From an uncultured Bacteroidales bacterium (GTDB lineage: Bacteria > Bacteroidota > Bacteroidia > Bacteroidales > Paludibacteraceae), in the NCBI GenBank assembly GCA_903911085.1, contig CAIWCC010000269.1:41149-105148 (forward strand): DNA of 64,000 nucleotides, given 5' to 3'. Shown in pieces: positions 8,098 through 17,185 of the stretch; position 1 is the stretch's first letter, and every line of letters starts with the position of its first letter. Made by a program: the position numbers and the translations under genes. Under the pieces are notes generated by a model that worked only from the letters and a program-made list of their open reading frames with translations, ran no database searches and was not told where the DNA came from.

Positions 8098-10554
8098 TTA
8101 TATTTTAAAAATGCGTTCTGTAAGTTGTTTATTATCACTGAATTCAATCTTGATTATATACATTCCTATAGGTAACTCATTCATTGAAATAATTGAATTT
8201 TTAAAATTAGTTTTAATCAAACTTCCGCACAGGTCATACAAAACTACCGACTTTATTTGATTGTTTGAAATTATAGTTACTTTATCGGTTGTTGGGTTTG
8301 GATATATTTGTAAAGTCGTGTTAATAATTTGGTTTAAAGGTGTTTGATTTTGAATAAGTGGAATTTGATAATCGATGCCACCATTATTATCCCATGTGTT
8401 GTTGGTGGTTCTATTTACCACAAAACTTAGATACGAAACTGATTGAGTAACATTATTAAAAGGTCCAATTTGCGCTTGATATTTGCCATTATTTAATACA
8501 AAAGGAGTTCGTGCCGCTTTGCCATCAGTAAAAAAAGTTGAATTTGTGGGCAGATAAACGCTATTGGGCTTTTCAAATTTATTGACTCCCCAATGCAAAA
8601 TATCACCTGTATTTCCGTTTGGTATTTCAATTGTTATCACATCGTTAACAGTAGGATGATTGGGTGTAACTAGATAATTCCCAATGTTTAACTGTGGAGT
8701 GGTTTCACCATTATTTGTACTTTTATTTCCAATCCATACATGTGAAATTAATGAGCGTGCAACATTTCCTTTTGCATCAACTGCTTCGATATAATAATCT
8801 ACTAATACGTCTTTTAAACCTATAATTTGTGCTGAATATTCGTCTGCTTTGTAGTTTGGTTTCAAAATAGTAGTGCTAACAATGGATTTACTCAACATTG
8901 GTAATTCTTGCCATGCCGAAACTTCATTTCCACCTGCATAAGTCTCATTCTCATTGCTATTTAGAGGATTTAATCCATCTTTGTCTGTGCGAAATTTTAA
9001 TTTTACTGATGTCATGCCGCTAAAATCATAAACGTAGCTCCAAACTAATAAGTCCGAAGTCATTTTTGTTCCCCATTCGGTAGCACCCGGATTATAAGGT
9101 TCTCGTTGTGGATGGTAGATAGACGGTGGCGTTAAATCATTTCCCGTGTTTACAATGTTTATTGCTTTTTCGGTAGCCAAATTAGCCGCTCGAGTTGGTT
9201 TTGAATCCCAATCTTCGGTGCCATCCCAATACCAATAACAACTCGTTTCGCCTGTCATCAAATAATCCCAAGCAGTTTTAGTTTCAGCGGCTGACGGATT
9301 AATTTGTTCAGCAGTTTTTACGATATTTGATGCGGCAGTAATTACACTCCAACTATTTCTGTCGGGACTATATCCAACTGTGGGGTCGCCATTCCACTTC
9401 AAAAATTCAGGATCGGAGCCCGCACCAGACCAACTTCCGGCTTCTACGTGTATAATATCATCATTCGATGGTGGAAATTGCTGTAAATAATCTTGAATTG
9501 TAGTACATGCAAAACGTGCAGAATTAGCGTTAATCCATTTTACAAAACTGTCGAAATTACTACCATAATAGCTGTCGGTTCCGCCACCATAATTGTCTCC
9601 ATCGTGATGTAAAACTACTAAAATGGGATGTAATGGATCGGTGTTGAAACTTTCTAACTGGCTCATGGTATTTTCGTAATTCAAAGCTCCAAAACCTCCA
9701 CGTGCATCTTCGTTACCGAAAAATGTGGATGTTGGAACAGCAATCATTCTATATTCTGTTCCCGAAGTAGGATCTACATATTTAATCCAATGTGGACGAT
9801 GTCCCCAAGCAGCAGAAATTGGAATGGGTGCCCACAAACCATTTAATGATTTCCAATCGGCTGGATTTGGGTTTATTTGGTCTGCTTTATTTGGCTCAAC
9901 TACATTACAACCCTTTGCCCATGGTTGACCAATGCAAGCACGGTCGAAATGTTGATTGTCTACCATAACCCATTCTAAACCACAGGTTTTTAGCGCTGGA
10001 ATTATTTGTTCTTCAAAAGCATTTTCAGGTGGAAAAATTCCTTTAGAATAAGGTGTTCCAGGAAAATTGACAGCAAAACAAGCTTTGTGTTTTTCTATTT
10101 GTTTTTGAATATCAGCATTGTCAATGAGCGGCATTAATGGGTGATTATAACCAAACGCAACCATATCCAATCTTTGGTTTCCTAACGATGTTTTTTTAGA
10201 AACCATGCTGTTCCAACTTGTTTTCCAGCCCGAAAAACCTTTGGCACTTGCCTCCATTGCATTCAAATTTTCTACTAGCGAACCCGAAAAACTTACTTGC
10301 GCACCTGCGTTGCTCATTGACGACATTTTATTTACAGCATTGCTTGGCCAAGATGTGTAAGGACCAGACCGTGTGTTAAATATGTCGTACAAATTATATG
10401 AAAATGTGTTAGAATTTTGGGATTCTACAACCGATTGTCCTGGTTGATAGATAGGTTGGTGTAAATGCCATTGAAAAGCAATGTAGATAGGTGGATTAGC
10501 AGCTCCAATAGAACTTCCAATACAAAGTAAAAACATTAATATGCTATTTTTCAT
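8098..10554 (-). CDS. GH57-like alpha-amylase-family enzyme with T9SS C-terminal sorting domain
   Basis: Signal peptide. GH57-type regions: FQWHLHQPIY (HQP region), FPPENAFEE (nucleophile region), VLHHDGDNYGGG (acid/base region), GETSCYWYWDG. C-terminus LQIYPNPTTDKVTI...MYIIKIEFSDNKQLTERIFKI matches a T9SS domain. The related GH119 family cannot be excluded. Confidence 0.7.
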   Translation of the reverse strand: MKNSILMFLLCIGSSIGAANPPIYIAFQWHLHQPIYQPGQSVVESQNSNTFSYNLYDIFNTRSGPYTSWPSNAVNKMSSMSNAGAQVSFSGSLVENLNAMEASAKGFSGWKTSWNSMVSKKTSLGNQRLDMVAFGYNHPLMPLIDNADIQKQIEKHKACFAVNFPGTPYSKGIFPPENAFEEQIIPALKTCGLEWVMVDNQHFDRACIGQPWAKGCNVVEPNKADQINPNPADWKSLNGLWAPIPISAAWGHRPHWIKYVDPTSGTEYRMIAVPTSTFFGNEDARGGFGALNYENTMSQLESFNTDPLHPILVVLHHDGDNYGGGTDSYYGSNFDSFVKWINANSARFACTTIQDYLQQFPPSNDDIIHVEAGSWSGAGSDPEFLKWNGDPTVGYSPDRNSWSVITAASNIVKTAEQINPSAAETKTAWDYLMTGETSCYWYWDGTEDWDSKPTRAANLATEKAINIVNTGNDLTPPSIYHPQREPYNPGATEWGTKMTSDLLVWSYVYDFSGMTSVKLKFRTDKDGLNPLNSNENETYAGGNEVSAWQELPMLSKSIVSTTILKPNYKADEYSAQIIGLKDVLVDYYIEAVDAKGNVARSLISHVWIGNKSTNNGETTPQLNIGNYLVTPNHPTVNDVITIEIPNGNTGDILHWGVNKFEKPNSVYLPTNSTFFTDGKAARTPFVLNNGKYQAQIGPFNNVTQSVSYLSFVVNRTTNNTWDNNGGIDYQIPLIQNQTPLNQIINTTLQIYPNPTTDKVTIISNNQIKSVVLYDLCGSLIKTNFKNSIISMNELPIGMYIIKIEFSDNKQLTERIFKI

Positions 10555-10659
10555 GACATTTATTTGGTAGGTAAGGTGTTGATTATTAATTCACGACAAA
10601 TATAAGCTAAAATTAAGTTTTGAAATATGAAACATTCTAAGAAAAGTAATTTTTTAAGT

Positions 10660-10671
10660 GCAAACGTTTGC
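10660..10671. promoter_or_regulatory. LacI-family operator (perfect 12-bp palindrome GCAAACGTTTGC within TGCAAACGTTTGCGA)
   Basis: Matches the LacI/GalR-type consensus TGnAAnCGnTTnCA at 13 of 14 positions. The 15-nt string is identical to the site at 16943-16957. It lies ~105 nt upstream of the GH57 start and downstream of the susE-like terminator. Confidence 0.7.
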
Positions 10672-10696
10672 GAGATAATCAGTTTATGATGCCTAT

Positions 10697-10726
10697 AAAA
10701 AAAGCACGGCAGTTGCCGTGCTTTTA
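10697..10726 (-). terminator. Rho-independent terminator after the susE-like gene
   Basis: AGCACGGCA / TGCCGTGCT hairpin (10703-10722), followed on the minus strand by a T7 run (A-run 10697-10703 on plus). It starts ~20 nt after the stop at 10744. Confidence 0.7.
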
Positions 10727-10743
10727 GAATTAGATTTGAATGA

Positions 10744-11970
10744 TTATTTTGTGAATGTAATTTTAATTGTACTTGCTTTAGAACCTGTCCAAATCACTTC
10801 AAATTTAACTTTTGTATAAGTAGCATCAGCATTTACAATAAAGTTATCAGTTCCACCAAATGTTTCACCAACCATGGTTGCACCACTTGTTCCAATCCAT
10901 GCACCATTATAACGAACTTTAAATTCTTTTGTAGCTACAACTTTTAAATTTGTAATGTTGTAAACATAAGTACCTGCTTTAGTAGTTGTATTTGTAACTG
11001 TACTTGCAGCAGCATCGTAGGTAGCTAATGTTGCACCTGCAGGATCACTCCATTCTGCTGGAGGCGTGGTATTTGTTCCAAAGGCATTTCCACTAAAACC
11101 TACTACAAATACTTTAGGATCTTCAATAATAATGTTTCCAGTAACAGCGTAAGTATAGCTTTTTGAAATTTCTCCACTTGCCAAGTTCCAAGTTAAAGTC
11201 AACTTAATATTCGTCCCTTTTGGCAAATTCATATTGTCACCACCTTGTTTCATATCACCACCTAAATTGGTGTTTGCTTTTACTTTACCAGCATCATCCA
11301 ATTGAATTTTCCATCCACCACCATAAGCTAATTTATATTCACCTGCGGTTGTTGTAGCGATAGTTGTATCCCAAACCATGGTTGTTTTGCTAAAAGTTGT
11401 TGGAGATTTCATTTTTTTCCAACCCCAATCACCATTAACACCTCTTACACCCCATTCAACAGGAGCAATAATAACTTGAGCACCGCCTGTTAAATCGAGT
11501 GCTTTGTCAAGATTTAAATCTAGAACAATGTGATACAAGCCACTTTTTGTAACCTTAAGAGCAGGAGCGGTAGATCCAATAACTAAAGAGCCTTTTTGAA
11601 TAATAAATGGTTTTTCAGCAGAGCCAGCTTGATCATTTTCACCTTTAAGCTCTTTGTTTGCCAACGTTGCACCATAACGGGTTTCTACAGCACCTTCTTT
11701 CAATAATAAATAGAATTCTTTATTTGCTTCCAATGCTACGTATTTTTCATACATTCCAGCACGTTTTTGTTTTGTAACATCTTTTTCTACTTCATTTACT
11801 CCAGGAGCTAGCCTATAGTCTACATTCAATACATCTGCACCTGTAGCACTTCCAGCCACATAGAAACCGTCTTCTACAATTCCTTCTACAACAGGGTCGG
11901 TGCCTTTACAAGATGTAAATGTAACACACAATAGTGCCAATGCACTTAAGAAAATACTAATTTTTTTCAT
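10744..11970 (-). CDS. SusE/SusF-like outer-membrane glycan-binding lipoprotein
   Basis: Lipoprotein signal MKKISIFLSALALLCVTFTSC. Beta-rich, Gly/Thr/Trp-rich modular sequence. Sits immediately downstream of susD in a starch locus. The call rests mainly on context. Confidence 0.55.
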   Translation of the reverse strand: MKKISIFLSALALLCVTFTSCKGTDPVVEGIVEDGFYVAGSATGADVLNVDYRLAPGVNEVEKDVTKQKRAGMYEKYVALEANKEFYLLLKEGAVETRYGATLANKELKGENDQAGSAEKPFIIQKGSLVIGSTAPALKVTKSGLYHIVLDLNLDKALDLTGGAQVIIAPVEWGVRGVNGDWGWKKMKSPTTFSKTTMVWDTTIATTTAGEYKLAYGGGWKIQLDDAGKVKANTNLGGDMKQGGDNMNLPKGTNIKLTLTWNLASGEISKSYTYAVTGNIIIEDPKVFVVGFSGNAFGTNTTPPAEWSDPAGATLATYDAAASTVTNTTTKAGTYVYNITNLKVVATKEFKVRYNGAWIGTSGATMVGETFGGTDNFIVNADATYTKVKFEVIWTGSKASTIKITFTK

Positions 11971-12048
11971 GATCGTAAATTTTTTGTTGTTAATAATTGT
12001 TTTTTGATTTGATAATTAAATTCGTGAAAGTTGTTTTATATATAAAGG

Positions 12049-13728
12049 TCAATATCCATTATTTTGTGTCCATATTGGTTTTCCATCCTGATCTCTTGGT
12101 GATTTTTCTATTACGGAAAATGGAATTGGAAACCATTTCCTATAGCTATCAGTAGCACTTACATAATCAATATAAGTAGGATCGTTGAATTTCCCAAATC
12201 GAATTAAATCTCGACGACGAACATTCTCCCACGCAAATTCACGTCCACGTTCATTTATTATCTCATCAAGTGTAAGTACAGTGTAAACTTTAGAAACTCC
12301 GCCATCTATGTCATAAGCAAAAGCTCTTGTACGTATTCTTTGAAAGTCTGGACTAGACTTAACGCTTGTTCCAGTACCACCACGTAAAATTGCTTCTTCA
12401 TTCATATAAAGTACATCTGCATAACGAAAAAGAACAAAATCATTCTCTGCAAAAGCATATTTCTTTTGTTTATCAACTTCGTATTTAAATAAACGTGCGC
12501 CTTCGTTCCAAGTTGCATTGTCTAGTGAAGTTATTTCAGGAACTATTTCTACAGGGCTTTTATTGTCGTCGAGCAATTGTGTTGTGCCATCTTCGCTATA
12601 AACTTTACCTACAAACCAACCCCATTTTTTTGTGTTTTTAGTTCCATTTCCTTCATTTCCTGGACCACGAACATCTGTAGGTTCATAACGTTGAATAAAT
12701 TTGGGACGAGCCGCAAATCCATTCCAAGGTTTTTCAATCATATTGTATGTGGTTTGCTGAGAATAATGAAGTGTAAGCAAAATCATTCTCATTTTATTAG
12801 ACATACTACCACTAGAGCGTACATCAAAATCTGCATTTCCATCTTCAACAATAACAAAAATATTTTCTTTACTATCTTGGTTTTGAATTGTGAAGTTTTT
12901 AAAGAAATCGTCTGCAATTGTGTATGAGCCTGAATCTATCACTTTTTTACAGCTTGCAGCGCAACGGGTATAAAAATCGCTTACAGAATTAATGCCAGAT
13001 ACTTGAATATTTGCAGGGGTGCAACCGTATGATTCTGCATTTAAATATAGTCTAGCAAGAAGCGCATAAGCAAAACCTTGTGTAACTCGTCCATAATTTG
13101 CAGCCCTATTGCCATCGTTAACAATAGGTAAATTAGGTGCGTTTTTTTCAAGAGAATTTACAAGATTTGACCAAACAACAGAAGGTTCACTTAATGGAAC
13201 TGCCTCTTCTTTAAATTCTTCAAGATATGGAACGCGTCCAAAACAATCAAACAAGTTAAAATAATAATATGTTCTTAATACTTCAAGTTCACTAACATAT
13301 TGATTATAAACAGAAACACTCATTGTCGCTTTGTTTGTGTCAATAGTTTTAAGTATCTTGTTACATAATACTGCTCCTGAAATTGTTGTGTTCCAAATAT
13401 TTTTGAATGCGTCTCCAAATGCATCCCAATTATGAGTATTTAAATTTGACCAATAACTGCCATCAGACCAATGCTTACCTGGATTTCTTACAGGACAAAC
13501 ACATTCGTCAGATACTAAGGCATTTACGCCCCAATAGCCCCAGTGGTCATGAAGCCATTTTACATCTGCGTAAGCTTGACCAACAAGTAAAGTAACATTT
13601 TTTTCTTGTTTAACCATTTCTTCAACTGTAGGATTGCCGTAGTTTTTTTCATCAAGCAACGAATCACAGCCAGATACAATTATCAGTGTGATAATTGCAA
13701 AAAGTAATTTTATATTTGACTTATTCAT
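12049..13728 (-). CDS. susD: SusD/RagB-family nutrient-binding outer-membrane lipoprotein
   Basis: Lipoprotein signal (IIVSGCDS). 559 aa. Typical SusD-like segments (YLNAESYG, FRYADVLYMNEEAIL, WFPIPFSVIE). Directly downstream of the SusC-type receptor. Confidence 0.85.
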   Translation of the reverse strand: MNKSNIKLLFAIITLIIVSGCDSLLDEKNYGNPTVEEMVKQEKNVTLLVGQAYADVKWLHDHWGYWGVNALVSDECVCPVRNPGKHWSDGSYWSNLNTHNWDAFGDAFKNIWNTTISGAVLCNKILKTIDTNKATMSVSVYNQYVSELEVLRTYYYFNLFDCFGRVPYLEEFKEEAVPLSEPSVVWSNLVNSLEKNAPNLPIVNDGNRAANYGRVTQGFAYALLARLYLNAESYGCTPANIQVSGINSVSDFYTRCAASCKKVIDSGSYTIADDFFKNFTIQNQDSKENIFVIVEDGNADFDVRSSGSMSNKMRMILLTLHYSQQTTYNMIEKPWNGFAARPKFIQRYEPTDVRGPGNEGNGTKNTKKWGWFVGKVYSEDGTTQLLDDNKSPVEIVPEITSLDNATWNEGARLFKYEVDKQKKYAFAENDFVLFRYADVLYMNEEAILRGGTGTSVKSSPDFQRIRTRAFAYDIDGGVSKVYTVLTLDEIINERGREFAWENVRRRDLIRFGKFNDPTYIDYVSATDSYRKWFPIPFSVIEKSPRDQDGKPIWTQNNGY

Positions 13729-13751
13729 ATTGTAGTTATTTTTAAGTGATA

Positions 13752-16700
13752 TTATTTAAGACTAAAATTCACGCCAACTAAAAATGTGGCAACTTTTGGA
13801 TAAAAACTTGGGTAGTCTATACCTGAATTCCAGACACTAGTAGTGTTTACCTCTGGATCTTGTCCGCTATAGGCTGTTACAGTTAATAAATTTTGACCAG
13901 TAACATATGCTCTAAGTGATTGTAAATACTTATTGTTTTTTAATGGAAGACTATATCCAATTGTCAGATTATCAAGTTTTAAGTACGATCCATCTTCAAG
14001 ATAATAATCACTAAAATTCTTCTTATTTGTATATATTCCACCAGCGACATCTTTCATGAAAATATTCATCGACTCAGTTGGGGTGTCAGGTTTTGATGGT
14101 TCATTTGGTCCATAAGCCCAACGTGTAACATTAAGAATTTTGTTTCCAACCACCCCACGGAAGAATGCAGTAATATCAAAATTCTTATATTTTATAACGT
14201 TGTTCCAACCATATGTAAACCAAGGTTGTGCGTTTCCAATTGCTTGACGTTGATTTTCAGATGGATCAGAAGTAAATCCGCCTGCTGGAGTGCTGAACAT
14301 CCAAGTACCATCTGATTTAAATCCATAAAATTTATATCCATAAAAAGTTCCTACAGTCTCACCTTCTACCAGAATTTGAGTATTTGTATTCATAATTCCG
14401 TTCTCGCCAATACCGCCAGAAGTTGTCTGTTTGTAGTTAAATCCTTTTGTAGGATCAGACAATTTAGTAATTGTGTTTTGATTAAAAGCAATTGTTGGTG
14501 TTGAAATCCAAGTTAAATTTTTTGCCTGAAGAATTACAGCCGATAATGCCAACTCTACACCATAACTATCCATTTGGCCTGCATTAGCCAAAAGTGTTGG
14601 AAACTGGTATGGAGGTGTTGGAACTTCATAATCCCATAATAAATCGCGTGTTTGTCTGTAATACATATCTAAACTACCATAAACTCTTTTCTTTAAAATT
14701 GAATAATCTAATCCAACATTATATTCGTATTTTTTCTCCCAGCGTAAGTCTGGATTTTCATTTTGTGCTACTCCATAAGTATAAACCCAAGCTCCATTAT
14801 ACCAAAATGTACCTCCATTTGACATCATAGCAATAGAACGTAAATCAGAAGCTAGATTATTGCCAGTAACGCCATATCCAATTCTTAATTTCAAATCATC
14901 GATGTTTTTCACACCTTTCATAAACTCTTCACTAGTAATTCTCCAACCTAAACTCAAAGCAGGGAAAATACCCCATTTATTGTTTACTCCAAAGCGTGAT
15001 GAACCTTCGCGGCGAACCGAAGCCGATGCCAAGTAACGATCTTTGTAATTATAATTAGCACGTCCAAATACTGCGGCTAAGGTGTTTGAATTACGAAACG
15101 ATGATACATTTAAGTATTTCTTTGTAGCATCTCCATTTCCAATCTGAAAATATTTTGCATCGTCTGTAGGAAAGCCTTTATTTGAAATATCAGAACCATC
15201 ATATACAAAATTTTGGTAGGAAAATCCAGCAACAGCTACAAGAGAATGACCTCCCGATAAATCGGCAATATAATCACCTGTGAGTTCAAAAAGTTTGTTT
15301 TGATTTGAATCAGAGGTTCTTCCAGCCTTTCCAGATCCCGATAAATCGGTGTTTACTAAACCATTATACCAGTATCTATTATTATCACCCTCTTCCAAAG
15401 CAGCAAAAGTAGATAACTTTAGTCCTTTTATGCTTTTAATATTAACTGAGGCTTTTATAGATCCACGGAAATAATTTCCCGACTGATTTGATTCACGCTG
15501 ATTCATGTTTTCTACCGGATTTGATAAACCAGTTCCAGTCGGTTTGTAATAACCATTAGCGGTAGATGCATCGTATATAGGGTAGGTTGGATTCATGATA
15601 GCAGCTTGTTTGAAGTCGCCAGTAAAGTAATCATTTTTATAATCCATATACGAAAAATCATATTGTAAATCTAACCAGCCATTAAGAGCTTTTTGATTTG
15701 CGGCTAATTTTGCAATAATTTCCTGACGATTTGAGACTTTGGCTATTCCCTCGGCATTTTTAAAATTTATAGCGGCTCTATAATTAAAATCTTTTGCGCT
15801 TCCCGAAATTGCTAAATTGTGATTGTGTGTTAATGCGACATCCCTTGTTAATGCTCCCATCCAATCGGTATTGAAAGTATTTCCTTCAGGGTCAGAAAAC
15901 AATACTGGAATTACTTTTCCATTTGAAATGCTGGAAAGATTTCTAAATTGATCAGGTGTTGCCATGCCGTTATTATCGTTTCTAATCGATGTTGAAACGT
16001 AGCCTGAATATTCTACATTTGTAACTGCAACTTCAGAATAATTTCCACCTCTTTTTGTTGTAATAATGATAACACCGTTTGTTCCACGAGTTCCATAAAT
16101 AGCTGCTGCTGATCCATCCTTTAAAACATCCATTGATGCAATTTCATCAGGTGAAATATTATCAATATTATTTACAGGGATACCATCAACTATAAATAGT
16201 GGAGAAGTTCCCGCACCTTTGTCAAGGGTCGAAAATCCACGAATTTGAATGTTATAGCCTGTATTTGTTGGGTCGCTACTTGTTTTGATAACATTTAAAC
16301 CTGCAACTTTTCCTTGTAATAAGCCTATTGGACTTGTTTTTATACCAGCGTTAAAATCTTCTGCTTTTATAGATGCAACAGAACCCGTTACTTCTTTCTT
16401 TTTTTGCGATCCATAGCCAATAGCTACTACTTCACCCAGTGCTACTGCATCTTCTTTTAATTGAATAACTAGATTTTTTTTACCTGCTATAGGCATTTCT
16501 ACGGTAAGATAGCCAACATATTTGATTACCAATGTTGCATTTGGAGCTACGGAAAGAGTGAATTGTCCATCAAAATTTGTAATTGTACCATTGGATGTGC
16601 CTTTTTCAAAAATATTGGCACCAAGAATTGCTTCTCCATTGCTGGCATCTTTTACTATTCCGGTAATTGGTGTTTTTTGAGCACTTAGTGTTGTGCTTAA

Positions 16701-16763
16701 AACTAACATCACAAGTAGAGCTACTAAAGCTCGGAATTTTAGTTTAAAGTCTCTGTACTTCAT
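13752..16763 (-). CDS. susC: SusC-type TonB-dependent outer-membrane transporter
   Basis: 1003 aa. Signal peptide. Carboxypeptidase-regulatory-like start ITGIVKDASNGEAILGANIF. Plug segments VVAIGYGSQKKKEVTGSV and IASMDVLKDGSAAAIYGTRGTNGVIIITTKRG. Long beta-barrel region. Followed by susD. Confidence 0.9.
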   Translation of the reverse strand: MKYRDFKLKFRALVALLVMLVLSTTLSAQKTPITGIVKDASNGEAILGANIFEKGTSNGTITNFDGQFTLSVAPNATLVIKYVGYLTVEMPIAGKKNLVIQLKEDAVALGEVVAIGYGSQKKKEVTGSVASIKAEDFNAGIKTSPIGLLQGKVAGLNVIKTSSDPTNTGYNIQIRGFSTLDKGAGTSPLFIVDGIPVNNIDNISPDEIASMDVLKDGSAAAIYGTRGTNGVIIITTKRGGNYSEVAVTNVEYSGYVSTSIRNDNNGMATPDQFRNLSSISNGKVIPVLFSDPEGNTFNTDWMGALTRDVALTHNHNLAISGSAKDFNYRAAINFKNAEGIAKVSNRQEIIAKLAANQKALNGWLDLQYDFSYMDYKNDYFTGDFKQAAIMNPTYPIYDASTANGYYKPTGTGLSNPVENMNQRESNQSGNYFRGSIKASVNIKSIKGLKLSTFAALEEGDNNRYWYNGLVNTDLSGSGKAGRTSDSNQNKLFELTGDYIADLSGGHSLVAVAGFSYQNFVYDGSDISNKGFPTDDAKYFQIGNGDATKKYLNVSSFRNSNTLAAVFGRANYNYKDRYLASASVRREGSSRFGVNNKWGIFPALSLGWRITSEEFMKGVKNIDDLKLRIGYGVTGNNLASDLRSIAMMSNGGTFWYNGAWVYTYGVAQNENPDLRWEKKYEYNVGLDYSILKKRVYGSLDMYYRQTRDLLWDYEVPTPPYQFPTLLANAGQMDSYGVELALSAVILQAKNLTWISTPTIAFNQNTITKLSDPTKGFNYKQTTSGGIGENGIMNTNTQILVEGETVGTFYGYKFYGFKSDGTWMFSTPAGGFTSDPSENQRQAIGNAQPWFTYGWNNVIKYKNFDITAFFRGVVGNKILNVTRWAYGPNEPSKPDTPTESMNIFMKDVAGGIYTNKKNFSDYYLEDGSYLKLDNLTIGYSLPLKNNKYLQSLRAYVTGQNLLTVTAYSGQDPEVNTTSVWNSGIDYPSFYPKVATFLVGVNFSLK

Positions 16764-16943
16764 GTATTAAATTATTTAAGGTTAATAAAATAATCACTCG
16801 AAAATTTCAGATTATATTCATAACAAAAAATAAATTGTATGATAAAATAATTTGTTTTTTATTAAGTGATTTGTGACGGCAAAATTATAGTATTAATGTT
16901 TATTTGCAATCTGTAAATAATAAATATAAATAGAAAAAACCCT

Positions 16944-16955
16944 GCAAACGTTTGC
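16944..16955. promoter_or_regulatory. LacI-family operator (perfect 12-bp palindrome GCAAACGTTTGC within TGCAAACGTTTGCGA)
   Basis: Same 15-nt string as at 10659-10673. Located in the 422-bp divergent region between susC (start 16763, minus strand) and the LacI-family gene (start 17186, plus strand). Confidence 0.7.
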
Positions 16956-17185
16956 GAAAGATATTTGAAATAATAGCGTAAATAATTTTTTATTCGGATA
17001 AAGTAATTTACTTTTGCAAATGATATTGAATTTGAAAGTCAGAAAAAAACGGATTGAAAACAAAATGTTTGTATAACTATTTGTATATTAGACTTTATTT
17101 GTGGTTTGGGTATTTGTTGACCTAAAAAATATGTCTATATTCTGGTTTTGTTGGATAATTCTTTTTAACCTTAAATATTTACTTT

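Noticed and set aside
8064-8147. N-terminal extension of the GH13 ORF (MNSVIINNLQNAFLKYKTTLIIHIKINI) overlapping the GH57 3' end
   Set aside because: The internal ATG at 8063 starts a textbook signal peptide, and the extension would bury it. The extension is AT-rich with no coding character.
16880-16887. Minus-strand TAATTTTG matching the Bacteroidota -7 promoter box TAnnTTTG upstream of susC (a similar TATATTTG occurs at 50619-50626)
   Set aside because: The 8-mer is expected by chance in AT-rich intergenic DNA, and I found no TTTG -33 partner at the proper spacing. Not reported as a feature.
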